Source: Chiloscyllium plagiosum (taxonomy: Eukaryota). Taken from it: DNA of 64,000 nucleotides. Of the stretch, positions 24,901 to 37,672 are shown piece after piece. The notes under the pieces were generated by a model. The model was not told the origin of the DNA. It ran no database searches and saw only the letters and a program-made list of their open reading frames with translations. Each line of letters starts with the position of its first letter. Position 1 is the stretch's first letter. A program made the translations under genes and the position numbers. The DNA is taken from assembly GCF_004010195.1 (NCBI RefSeq), contig NC_057751.1, positions 3,487,907 to 3,551,906 of the forward strand. The letters are read 5' to 3'.

Positions 24901-25545
24901 TCCATGAAGCCTTCAATTTAAGTGAGTAACTGAGGCATTAAGACATGATTCGATGAGTACCTTGCATCCCATTGTTGTGGAATACGTGTATTTACATTTT
25001 TTGTGAAAACCTTCTTCACAAGTTCAGTTATTTTGGGTAAAAAAATGACAGTTGACTAAAAGAAAACTGAAGGCACTTTGAGAGCCTTGTTGGAGCTTGT
25101 TGAGCAGATTGCTTATCAGTTTGACGGCATTGTGCAGGCATTTTCCATTAAGGCATAAATTGAATTTAAACACAAGTGGTAACGTGAAAAGGTTGAGTGA
25201 AACACATAAACAGGAAGTTGAGGGGCACAGACAGGAAGTGAATGCAGATGTTACATTTTTCATTCAGTATGGTTATAAATGTAGATCTGCTGTGTAATTC
25301 TGGAAGTGTTAAACTTGTTCCATGTTTTCGACACTCGTCAGGTTTCCATGACCCCACTGATTCACTGCCACATCAGTTCAATCACACACCATCAAAGCTT
25401 AGTGACATTTCTTCCAGAGTTCATAATCAAGGCTAAAATTCATTGCACAATGGAAGGAGCGTCATATTTCAGAAGGCAGTTGCCAAGTCAATCATACTGT
25501 CATGGGTATGAAGTCACATGTAGGCCAGATTGGGTAAGTACAGTG

Positions 25546-26270
25546 CCACATCCACAAAAACACACTCTCTCCACCACCGACACTCAGTGGCAGCAGTGTG
25601 TGCTGTCTGTAAGATGCACTGCAGAAATTCATCAAAGATCCTTAGACAGCACCTTCCAAACCATGACCACCACCATCCAAAGGGGCAAGGGCAGCAGATA
25701 CTTAGATTAGATTAGATTACATTACAGTATGGAAACAGGCCCTTCGGCCCAACAAGTCCACACCGACCCGCCGAAGCGCAACCCACCCATACCCCTACAT
25801 TTACCCCTATACCTTACACTACGGGCAATTTAGCATGGCCAATTCACCTGACCTGCACATCTTTGGACTGTGGGAGGAAACCGGAGCACCCGGAGGAAAC
25901 CCACGCAGACACGGGGAGAACGTGCAAACTCCACACAGTCAGTCGCCTGAGTCGGGAATTGAACCCGGGTCTCTGGCGCTGTGAGGCAGCAGTGCTAACC
26001 ACTGTGCCACCGTGCCGCCCACCACCTCGTGGTGATGGGAACATCACCTCGTGAAAGCTCCCCTCCAAGCCGCTAACCATCCTGACTTGGAAATTTATCA
26101 CTGTTCCTTCAGTGGCACTGGGTCAAAATCCTGGAATTCTCTCCTGAAGGGCATTGTGGGTCAATCTACAGCACATGGACTGTAGCGGTTCAAGAAGGCA
26201 GCTCACTCCCACCTTCTCAAGGGGCAACTAGGGACGGGAAATGGCAGCGTTGACCACTTCTCTTGAATGA
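25546..26270 (+). mobile_element. Second-family LINE 3' end, interrupted by HE1 and itself inserted in a tRNA SINE (25490-25545 and 26285-26480, minus)
   Basis: HSLHHRHSVAAVCAVCKMHCRNSSKILRQHLP; sequence resumes at 26035 after the SINE. Confidence 0.85.
25702..26020 (-). mobile_element. Full-length, young-looking HE1 V-SINE
   Basis: Minus strand GGCGGCACGGTGGCACAGTGGTTAGC (box A), GGGTTCAATTCCC (box B), V-domain, CR1-type tail ending (TCTAA)n; CpGs preserved. Confidence 0.93.
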
Positions 26271-26959
26271 TCAAAACTTTAAAAAGTTGAATGACATTAG
26301 TGAGCCAGATGGGTTTTTTTTGCAGTAATCAATGATAGCTCTGTGCCACCACTTTTGAGACAAGCTTCACATCCAGTTTTTAACTGACGTCAATGTTCAC
26401 TGGTTGTTGCCATGGGATTTAATTCCAGAACACTAGTCCAGGTAACTAGTTAATTACTCGAGTGACTCCACCACCAGTTCCACCAGATACAGACTATGTC
26501 AACGGACTGAAACAGTCTGGACCAAACTCGCTGGGGTTGGTGTGTCGGTCAGAGGTGGTGTGTGGTGACAGTGCGGTGTAACTGTAACCAGATCTGTATC
26601 AAAATGGATGCTGACCAGATCTATACTGTGACTGTTTACAGGTGATGGACTCAACTTGTGGGATGGGTTTGTGTCTCAGTGCCAGTAACCATGTGACATG
26701 AAATGATGGGGTATCCGATGCCTGTTGGGGAGAGGGAGCTAGTCAAAAGCTGCTCCAGAACAGATAACGGAATAACACAACAGACTGGACACCTCCATAC
26801 ACTGATAGGGCTCATTCCACAGATTCTGCATCCCAAATCCCAGTGGCAATAGAATGAGTTGGGGTCGAAGGACTGAGAGCTTGCAGTCCAGGAGAGCCTG
26901 TACCTGGCCTACAGGTTATTGTATTGCTATGTCACCCTAAGATAGAAGACTATCTCAAA

Positions 26960-27420
26960 CAACAACTTCATTTCTGTAGCACCTCTAAGCTAGCTTATCA
27001 TCCCAGGAATATCAATAAACAAAATTGGACACTGAAATCTTTAAACAATACTTCAAGGCTTGGCCAGAGAGGCAGGCTTTAAGCAGTATCTTAAAGGAAG
27101 AAAGTTATCGGCAGAGGAACAGAGAGATTCAAGGAAGGAATGCCAGGGATTGGGTCCCACACATTTGAAGGCACATCAACCAATGGTTGGGCGATCAAAA
27201 TACAGGGGCAGAATTGGGACAGCATAGAGACCTGGAAATTTTGAAGAATGGAAGAGGAAACACAGAGAAAAAGGAATGAGGGCATGGAATGATTAGAACA
27301 TGAGGATGAGAATATTTCTTTGGAGGTTTTGGTGGACTGGGAACTAATGTAGCTCAGCAACGGTGGGAGTAGGGTGGGCGAGCAGATGAGGGCAACAGAG
27401 ACTGAGACAAGTTTGAAGTT
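26960..27420 (-). mobile_element. Old L2-like LINE 3' fragment
   Basis: GGCTTTAAGCAGTATCTTAAAGGAAG...GGAATGCCAGGG similar to 46540-46830. Confidence 0.55.
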
Positions 27421-27449
27421 TTCAGAAGGATGGGTGATTGAAAAGCCTT

Positions 27450-27825
27450 CTGGTGTCAGCTGTCGCTGAGTTGGCTGCACTCTCAGCTCTCTGGTTCAAG
27501 ACGAGCACCAAGGTTTGAGTGCAGTACAGCACTGAGGGAGTATGGTTGGAGGGGGTGGCAGAGGCTGTCTTTCAGTTGAGGTGTTCAGCTGCCTGCCAAA
27601 GTGGAAATAAAAGATGCCTTCTGATTATTTTGAAGAAATGAAACACAGGAGCAATACCTGGTGTCACGGGCGATATTCATCCTTCCATCACTGCAACAAA
27701 ACGACAAAGTGTGGTGCACAATATTACAATAATGATGATACTTCAAAATGTACTTCACTAGCTGTGAAGCATTTGGAAATGTTGGGCATTTTTGAAAAGC
27801 TGACAGAAAGACAAGTCTTCCTTCC
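27450..27825 (+). mobile_element. DeuSINE (SacSINE1/AmnSINE-like), diverged
   Basis: GTGCAGTACAGCACTGAGGGAG...TAAAAGATGCC...TTTTGAAGAA...CTTCAAAATGTACTTCACTAGCTGTGAAGCATTTGG; related decayed copies near 17700-17960, 29680-29960 and 47070-47520 (minus) and 59700-60320 (plus). Confidence 0.7.
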
Positions 27826-30350
27826 TTTTCTGCAGGAAGAGAAGCTGATACTAGAAAGAGCAGCACCAGATGTTTGTGGCTCATCCAGCAGTTAGACTGT
27901 TATATTTGCTGGTGCTAGATGAATATGTAAATTACTAATATTATGGGAAAATGCAAACTAAAATAAATCCAGACTTACTAATTTGTTTTGCTGTTCTGCC
28001 CAAGCCATTCCTTAAGCTTGATGAGTCATGTTCTCCAACACTTAATGTGTAATTTGGGGGCTGTAATAAGCCTGTGGGCGGGTTTACCGCTCCTTATCAA
28101 ATTTTTTCTTTAGTAATTTATTCACAGTTCTGAACCACTTTTGCCAAAAAATCAGTAGGTAAACACTGAGCAAGTAAGGATATGTGTGTGAGGGGGCGGC
28201 CTGGATAATTGGAGGCTGCTTGCTGCAGATTTGAAGATTGTGCCAAGGCTTTTTATTTCATGCCACACGTTCAAAGCACCCAACAGGACATCTTTTTGAA
28301 GGGAGGGCGAGGAGGGAAAGGGCCAATTGGTCCTCTGAGGATTCACAATCGAAGAAGATACAAGGAGGAAAACGCCACATAGATGTAGAAGTGCAGAGCG
28401 TGCCTGGGGTCAACAATCTCCAACAAACTCTGTCCATTCATCAGCCTGAGACATGCTGGCCCTTCACAGACGAGTTCAGGAAAGTAAGGATTTTTCCTCT
28501 AAGTTTTCTGGCTCCCGCCTTTCCTGATTCCAGCGAATCAGTATTGCTTGAGTGTTGGTCTCCTCGTCCTGGCTACAGGGAGACCGTGAGTCAATCACTC
28601 ACGACTTGATTCCAAGTCCCACACGTTTCCAGTCAGAAGCCAATTAGATAAGAATCCAAGGGCAATCGCTGGATAGTGAGGAGGAACAGAATATCCTTGT
28701 TCGAGAAGGCAGCTCACCACCACCTCGAAGGCAATGAGAAAAGGACAATAAATACTGGCCAAGCAGTGATGCCCATCTCCTATGAACAAATTTTAAAAAT
28801 CTGAGGTACCCTATTCCAGCCCAATTATTAATTCCCTGTGGATTGGCCATTGAACTTGGAGCTTTTGCTTTTTCATGGCTTTGTGCATTGGGGACAGAAC
28901 AGAAAACTGATAGAAATAAGCAGTGATTGCTATCTCAAACTCACATTGCATGAAGCAGATAAAGCTGCTCTTACACTGGTAGGTGCTGTCTGCACTGAAT
29001 ACATTTGTGTTACCTGGAACATCTTGAGGGCTTTCTTTTCCATCATTTGGTCTTTGGTCCTGTGGATGTTTCCACACCCTTCTCCATTGCTTGTCTCTGG
29101 TCAGCAGTGAGGTGTTAACTCTGATCCCAGTCAACTCGAAGTCCTGCTTGCAGGGGCCCTTATATGTTGTGCTGTTAGCAAGCTCACTGGCCAATGTCAT
29201 CCATTCTGTTGAGATAACACGAATAATGGAGTCATTGCTGACTCTTCAAGACAGACATGCTGGAGATCCCTGTACCCGGAGCTACTTCCACGCTGAACAC
29301 TTAGCCAAGCAAGCTGATGTCTGAAATAATGCTGAGGCAGTGGAGTTCAAAGTTCATCTTCTGTTGCTGACCTTTCAGAAAGATACGTGGTAAGGTTGAG
29401 AATATAATATTTGCAGCATCCTGATTGGTTCTTTTCCCTTTGGACTGTTTTTGAAGCTGTGAACAGAATGGATACTGTGTGGGGACATATTCCTCAAAGT
29501 TGCACTGCTCTGACATCTGAGCGCTTACATTGTGTTGCACTGTTTTCATCATCGCCATCAAAGTTGCAACTGGGAAAACATCAAAGGACTTCTGGTTTTT
29601 TCCACTCCACCAGCGTGGCTTCCCCTTTTATAGGGGAACCTGTCAACGATACACAGAGGAATGGTGGAAACATCTGCACGTTTGTTGTCACACACCCCGA
29701 CTCCACCTCTCAAGGCCACCCAAAGCTCTTCATTGAAGATTGATCTCCATTTGAAATCCATTTGACAAATGCAACAGAATTTTACACAGAGAGATCCCAC
29801 AACAGCAGTCAGGTGAAGGTGCAGTTCATCTATTTTAACGATGGTGTTGATTGAAGGACAAATGTTTTGTGCCTCCTGACAGTAAATGTCCACCAAAACA
29901 AGTGTTGGATGTTGAATATTTTGCTGAAGACAGAGCACCATCAACCAGCAGCGTTCTTTCAGCACTGCTCTTTTTGCCTCAAACCTGTGTATTCATGATG
30001 GAAGGTAAACTGATTTTTAACCAAGAGTGCAACAGTGAACTCATCGGTCTTGCCTATTTTTGAATTGGGTTGAATGCATTGCAAAATGCACTGTTGCCAG
30101 AAGAGACAGTCAATTGCTGGTACAAGTGGAATCCCAGCCTTGCAGCAAGTGTCTGTCCATTTGCTGTGCTTCGGTTTAGGCTTATGTTTATTTATTGTTG
30201 CTGTGTTGACTGTGAGAGTATCAATGCCATCGTATCTCCATTACATTGACATTATCTTTCTTTGCTGCGGCTGCCCCTTACCATGTCCTTATTGCTGCAG
30301 AGGAAGCATGTGTGTCTTGTTAACCCATGTTTGCATCAATCTATAGCTTC

Positions 30351-30994
30351 TGTTATGGACTCGGCCAGACCACTCAAAACATTCCTGCGCAGGCAACCCA
30401 GACCATAACTTTGCAGTTTGTTTTGGTGAGTGTACAGTGAGAATTATCCGGAGTATGTCAGTGAGGTTGACTACTAGATTTTAAAACAGACAGAAATTTA
30501 TTCACAAAATTACACAATGACACACACAGAACAGAATAAAGAACCCCTACAGAACTCAGTCTATCCAAATGAGACTTGATTATGTTGTTCTGAATATACA
30601 CAACAGTCCCAATAAGCAAACCCCCTGAAAGACCAGTTTTAAAAAAGGAACAGATACTTACAGGTTGAAGTTGGAAGGGCAGAAAGAGAGAGAGCCTGTT
30701 TTCACATAGCTCACGGCTGAACTCCGAACTAGTTCTGGGCTGAACTGCCCAGCTAGAGAGCTGACCACTCCCCTTCCATTATACAGGTCACTTCTAAAAC
30801 ATGACCACTTTGGCCTGAAGTCTCATCTGTTTACATATAAACAAAAAGGTCTCTCAATCCCCTTTAATATATCTACCAAACCAGTCTAATAGGAACTGGG
30901 AGCTGTTTATTACCCCTCCGAAAATAAACCAAGGGCAAAGTATCCTTGAGGTAAGGAACAGCTTTTAGAAAAAAAAGGAACCAGCTTTGTGACA
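30351..30994 (-). mobile_element. Solo LTR (Gypsy-like), 644 bp
   Basis: Termini TGTTA...TGACA with 4-bp TSD CTTC at 30347-30350 and 30995-30998; minus-strand AATAAA near 30497. Confidence 0.85.
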
Positions 30995-31379
30995 CTTCTG
31001 AGATAGCAAGAGCATGATATTCAGGTTAGCAGCTGCCTATTCTGAATGCAGCATCTGAAATTGGAAAGGGATGTATCCAAAGGGTTTTGCTGGCATTTTC
31101 ACAGGGTGAGAATAATTGCATTAGGGGTTGCATTAATCTTTCATTTTCTTTTGGAGTTTGGAAATGCTTCTGTGAAATGCCTAGGAATATTTTACAAGGT
31201 GAGATACTTTATAAAAGGCAGGTTAAGAGGCAAAGAAGAAACTTTTGTCACGAGATTGATGTGCTGAGGCAGAAAGAAGAACCTTTCAGACTGGATTATG
31301 AAACTGGGTGAACCAAACATGGACCATAATTTGACAAGTGTTTTACTGTACAGCATTGGGACAGAATTATATCACATTC

Positions 31380-32810
31380 AATTGCAGTGGGCAGATAGGT
31401 GGCAATTGAAGTTCAATACAGAGGTTTTGCATTTAGGTAAAAAAGAACTTTGAGAGGCCAAGTAAAGTAAACGTGCTCTTTTAAAGGGTGTGCAGGAGCA
31501 CAGTACATGTATGTGTACACATATGTACATAAGGCATGAAAGGTGGCAGGACAGGCAAGGGGAACTGTGAATAAAACATCGAGTTCTAGGTGTCATAAAT
31601 TAGGACATAGAATACAGGAGTGGGGAGATGATGATGAAATAATTCTGACACTGGTTAGACCCCAGTTGGAGTACTATGCACAGATCTGGGTGTCACACTA
31701 CGGGAAGAATGTGAACACATTGGAGAGAGTGTAGAAAAGGTCTATTATAATGGTTCTAGAAAGTGGACCCTTCAATTATGAGGAAAGATGGAAGAAATTG
31801 GAACTGCCTTCCTTGGAGAGGAGGAGGCTCAGAGGAGATTTGACAGAAGTTTTCAAAATTATAAGGGGTCTTGAGGGAATAAGAACGGGCCCCACTTGCA
31901 TACAGATCAAGAATCCAAGGGCACAGTTTCAAAGTGTTTTGCAAAAGAAGTAAATGCGATTTGAGAAGAAACTTTGTACACAGCTAGTAGTTAGGGTCTG
32001 GAATGCACTGACTGGAAGTGTGGTGGAAGCAGGTTCAACAGAGGCATTCAAGAGGGGCATTCGATGGTTATTTAACCAGAAACAATGTGCAGGGAGCAGG
32101 GAAAAAGCAGGACATTGGTGCTAAAAGTAAAAATGCTCAGAGAACAGTGGAGACATCTTGGTGTGCATTTCCATCAGTCCCTTAAGGGAGTGGAACAAGT
32201 TGGCAACATGGTTTAGAGGTTGTTACTTTTATTAGCAGAGGTGCAGACCGTAACAGCAGGGAGGTAATGTAGAAGCTGTATTAAATATTGGTTCTGCCAC
32301 AGCGAGAGCATTGTGTGCTTTTCCGTCATCCACATTGTAGGAGTGATGTGATAGCACCAGATGGAGTGCAGAAGAGATTTACAGGATGTTTCCTGGCCTG
32401 GAGAGTTTCAGTTATGAAGAAGAGATGGGACAGACTGGGCTTGTTTTCCGAGGAGCAGAGGAGATGGAGAGGGGAGATCATTGAGATGTATGAAATTATG
32501 GGAAGCAAAGATGTGGGAGACAAGAAGGAACTTTAGTCCTTGCTGGAGGGATCAATGACCAGCAGGCATAGACTTGAAGTAAGAGGCAGGAGGTTTTGTG
32601 GAGATGTGGGGACATTGTTTTTCATTCAGAGGATAATGGAAATCTGGATGGTAGAGGCTGAAACCTTCATTACATTTCATAAAGCAGACAAGGCTCTGAG
32701 TCAAGGGCTGGAAAATGAGATTAGAATAGTTAGGTATTGGTTTTGACCAGCACATGGTTGATGGGCTGTAGAGCCCTTTTCTGTACAGTAGATCTCTATG
32801 GCTCTGTGAT
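31380..32810 (+). mobile_element. Two adjacent old CR1 3' fragments (about 31380-32130 and 32150-32810)
   Basis: LTLVRPQLEYYAQIW, SLERRRLRGDLTEVFKII; second copy WDRLGLFSEEQRRWRGEIIEMYEIM. Confidence 0.85.
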
Positions 32811-34929
32811 GCATCCTTTAGCACTATAACAATTCTGTTATTCAACACAGGGCAATAAATTCTGCTCATTCTGTAAACTAAATTCTGTAAAATATACCAT
32901 TACTCCAACTGGGAATTTGACCAGAGCAGTTTATTGAGAGCAGAAACACTTCCCTGGTTTGGTTTGTTCTTATCTTAAATTATCACACCAAGTCCAAGCA
33001 AAACAAGGTGATTTCATCGCATGTTTCCACCCTGTTTTTTCTCTTAGTCCGAACATTGTGGTTGTAGGGCTGGTGTCAGAAGAAGAGAGAAAGGGATTTT
33101 GTATTAATGTAAGATGCCGTTACATCCGATTGGTTTCTGGGCTAAGTTTCTATGGTGAAGAGGGATCATACATCAAACATTATATTTCACTGCAGCGAAT
33201 TATAATTTCTCTCTCCGCTGTGATAAACTACAACAGGCACAGACACTGTAAAAAAAAAATTATCCAGTGTAATTAAAAAGCATTTACATAAAGGAAACAT
33301 TTTGTTTTCAAATTAAGGGTATGTAGGTAATGGCAGGAACTCCAGTGGTGGAACATCTGCTCAGCCAGCTGTTCTTACTTAGTGGAGCCAGAATTTATGG
33401 ATACGATACTACACAAGTGCACAGTTATTGCAAGGCTCCAAAACAGGCTCTATCATTTTCTTTCAGAAGCTTCCTTCACTGTAACCACATAACACATGGA
33501 ATCCCTTCAGCTTTACTGACAAGCCACATCTAATTGGAGTTAAGAGCAAAGAGTCTGCCCAACAAGGCCAGGGGAAACTGCGATCACTGAACAAAGGAGA
33601 GTTTCAGATGTGAATGGGAAAAGGAACCTCCCAAGTCATCAAGACAATCTGAGCTTGTCGATGGGTGCTTTTTATATTAAATCTCTTTCTGAACATGGAA
33701 TTACCAGAAAATGGGACTGTATCCAATGTCGCAATTCACTACCTCTGTCTTGAGATTGCTTTTTTGAATATGGCCGTTATCCTGTCAGAATCCATCTCTT
33801 GACGGCAGAACTTTGAGATGTATATATTCACACACTCTCTTGTGAGTGCTCATCGTTGAAAGCTTACTAAATAACATACCTGCACACGAACCGCGGCACG
33901 CCCAAGTGAAATCAAGACAGATTCAGAAAGGTTGCACCAGTCCACAAATATTGTGAGGAGTGCTGAAAGCAACACTGACCCAAATAGATTCCAAATAGGT
34001 CCATGTTTGTCAAGTCTATTATCATGAAACGATTAATCCAGAAACTCAGCTAAAGTTCTGGAGATCTGGGTTCAAATTCTGCCACAGCAGATAATGGAAT
34101 TTGAATTAAATCATTTTAAAAACGTGGAAGTAAGAGTCAACTGAAGGCAATGAAACAATTGTCGATTAGCAGAAAAGCCCATCCTGGAGAATAAATTCTT
34201 TCTCAACATTTACAGATCTGTCCTTCTTTTCTGCTTTATGTTTCAAGACAAATAAATCTGTTTGTTGAGATCCTTCTCTGCGAGGCTTGTTGACGCATTT
34301 TCTGGAGGCAACGATGAGTTGTTCAGAGCATAGCATCCATGTGCACCATCAATGTGAAATTTCAGAAAGCCTCTGTTCTGAAGTGCCCCCAAACAATGGG
34401 AGAAAATCTGTTTTCTCACATCTTCTGCAGCTATACAACATATCAGAGGTATGTGATCCTCTGTACCTCTGTGAACAGGGGCAGCAGCTTTCTTATGAAC
34501 ACACAACTGACTCCCAGTCAACATACTACATTTGAAAAGAGACTCTTGAGTGGTTGTGATCCCCTTCACAACAGGGGTACTAGCAGCCATTTGCTTCTGC
34601 TGGGTTGCAAGTTATTTCATGGACACAACACATCGGGGAGGCTGTAAAAGTGTCAAAATTAGCAAAACACTTATCAAGGATGGGTCAGGAGATCCCAACT
34701 GCTCCTTCATGGCAGGGATATTGTCTGCTGAAAGCTAGCAAACGTGGCAGGCATCACTTTCTGATGGAAAAGGACAGAGTCATGGTTTTTGGGAAGTCAG
34801 AAAAAGCTCAGGTTAAACAATCCTGCTGGGAAAGGCTCTGCTGTGCACTCACTGCTTTTCCATGCCCCGTCTCTTGCCATGCAAGTCTTCAGCATTCTAC
34901 ACTCAAAATGAAAGGGGTGTCATTCTGCT

Positions 34930-35270
34930 TTTCATTCACAGGATGTGGGTGTCACTGCTATGTAAGCATTTATTGCCCATCCCTAATTTATCAGGCAGAG
35001 CTGAGAGCCAATCACATTGCTGAGGGTCTGGAGTCACAGTAGGCCAGACCGTGTAAGGCAGCAGACTCCTTCTCTAAGGGACATTAGTGAACCAGGCGGG
35101 TTTTACAAAAATCAACAATGGTTTCATGGCCATCATTAGACTCTTAATTCCACAGTTTTACTGATTCAAATTCCACCATCTGCCTTGGCAAGATTTGAAC
35201 CCAGCTCTCCAGAACATGACCGGGATCTCTGGATTAACTGCCAAGCGATAACACCAAGAGGTCATCACAA
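34930..35270 (-). mobile_element. tRNA-derived SINE sharing the 3' tail of the second LINE family
   Basis: CATTTATTGCCCATCCCTAAT...GGGTCTGGAGTCAC...GATTTGAACCCAG; reverse of 40640-40935. Confidence 0.8.
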
Positions 35271-36869
35271 ATGAGTCTCCTTGCTTGCGTATGCGACATA
35301 TCAGGAGTCAGCTGGGTTTGTGATCAATGCCACCAAGGGAATGACTAGTGAGCATGGTGACTGTAAGACTGATGGCCTGAAGAGGACAGATTATCTGGTC
35401 ATGATCCCACTGCTGTTTTTGGGAGCTTTCTGTGCCCAGGTTGGCAGATCCTGGATGATTAATGCCATACAGGCAGAATCTGAGTCGAGCTCAGCCTGAG
35501 CGGGCATCAGATCCTACATTAATCTGATTCGTGAATGAGCCAACGGAGCAATATATCTCCCCAATGACAGTGACTACACTTCAAAAACCGCCCTTGAGCA
35601 CTTTGGGGTAACATGGGATTCTGAAAGTCAGTTGATAAATGCAACAAATGCAAGTTGGTTAATGACATAATGATCAGGAGAAAGTAACAATGGGAGAGGC
35701 TATTGAGAGGTCTCAATGTTGCTGATTTTCCTGGACATGTTCCCACAGTTTAACAGCACACTGACATATCTATCCCATTGGTACACTTGTGGAATATGAT
35801 CTCTAAAAGTTTAAAAAAACATATATATACATCAACACATGGTTTCTCAGGAATTGTGATCCTTCCATTTCAAGTCACGTGTCCAAGTTCCATAAGGCAA
35901 AGAACAGATTTGAGGCTTCTCAGAGTGAAGTGAAATCTTCACGAGACACACATCTCCAACTATTCCCGCACATTAGCAAAGCTGGCAGAGAGTGAGACTG
36001 CAGTGTTTGGGGCCACCCTTAGCTAGAATTGCTGAGTGCATGAGCCAGGAATGGGGACTGGTTAGTTTAGATGTTCCCAGCACAGAGAAGGTTTTGGAGC
36101 TAAGCTGATTGAAGAATCAATGCACCATGGATCTGGATTTCCCATCAGTTTAAATGAGTGGAGGCAGCCAATCTGTAGTTTCTGGTACGTACTTGTGGCA
36201 AGTACCACTTGTTTTCTCACAGTATGTTTGTGAATGGTTTTCATCCCTTGGTTTGACTCTGGCATTCTAGCACAGAGGTTACCAGGAATTAGAGAGATTT
36301 ACCATTTCACATTTGCTATTGATCGATGATCCATCCTCACTGCATCATTTCAAACCTTTTGAAGTTTCTTTACACAGACTAGTTGACTCAGTGGCTGCTC
36401 AAGAAGCCTTGAAAAGTGACGATACCAAGTGCGTACCATTTCCTGCCAGAAAACATCAGCCCCATCCTCAGGAGACAAATATCTTGGAGCTCTGAACTGG
36501 GCCAATTTCACCAGCCATTGAGACGTCATGTCAATGAACTGAGTTGTGCTCGAGGTGAATCTTCATTTTCTCAAGACTTCAGGGGCAATTCGAGAAGGTT
36601 GCCCAAACAGCTTGTGAAGGATGAAAGTGGGCTGTAATGCATACCTTGACAAAGGCTTTATTTCCAGAATGCAGAATTCCATAAACCTGTTTCCTATCTG
36701 CTCCCTTCCCCCAACCCCAACCTTCCTTTAAATTCTTTTTAAAATAGATTGACTAAAGTCAATAAATAACAAGTTGACAGCCCCTTTGATGGAACCTGTA
36801 CAAATTTAGATCAAAATATCATACATTCCAGGCCCTGTGGTGTTCACTGCTTGCAGAAAGCCTGTAGGC

Positions 36870-37672
36870 CTAGAGTCATAGAGATGTACAGCACAGAAAC
36901 AGACCCTTTGGTCCAACCTGTCCATGCCGAACAGATATACCAACCCAATCTAGTCCCACCTGTCAGCACCCGGCCCATATCCCTCCAAACCCTTCCTATT
37001 CATATACCCATCCATATGCCTCTTGAATGTTGCAATTGTACCAGCCTCCACCACATCATCTGGCAGCTCATTCCATACAAACACCACCCTCTGTGTGAAA
37101 AGGTTGCTCCTTAGGTCTCTCTCACCCCTCTCACCGTAAATCTATGCTCTCTAGTTCAGGATTCCCCCACCCCAGGGAAAAGACTCTGTCTATTTACCCT
37201 ATCCATTCCCCTCATGATGTTATAAACCTCGACAAGGTCACCCCTCAGTCTCCGATGCTCCAAGGAAAACAGCCCCAGCCTGTTCAGCCTCTCCCTGTAG
37301 CTCAAATCCTCCAACCCTGGCAACATCCTTGCAAATCTTTTCTGAACTCTTTCAAGTTCCACAACATCTTTCCGATAGGCAGGAGACCAGAACTGCACGC
37401 AATATTCCAACAGTGGCCGAACCAATGTCCTGTACAGCCGCAACATGACCTTCCAACTCCTGTACTCAATACTCTGACCAATAAAGAAAGCATACCAAAC
37501 GCCTTCTTCACTATCCTATCTACCTGCGACTCCACTTTCAAGGAGCTATGAACCTGCACTCCAAGTCTCTTTGTTCAGCAACACTCCCAAGGACCTTACC
37601 ATTAAGTGTATAAGTCCTGCTAAGATTTGCTTTCCCAAAATGCAGCACCTCGCATTTATCTGAACTAAATTC
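36870..37672 (-). mobile_element. 5'-truncated CR1 LINE
   Basis: Minus ORF 37156-37446 MLRLYRTLVRPLLEYCVQFWSP...RRLRGDLVEVY; intact 3' tail. Confidence 0.95.

Noticed and set aside
36350-36530. 59-aa minus ORF MTSQWLVKLAQFRAPRY and overlapping plus-strand ORFs
   Set aside because: No recognised homology and weak splice support
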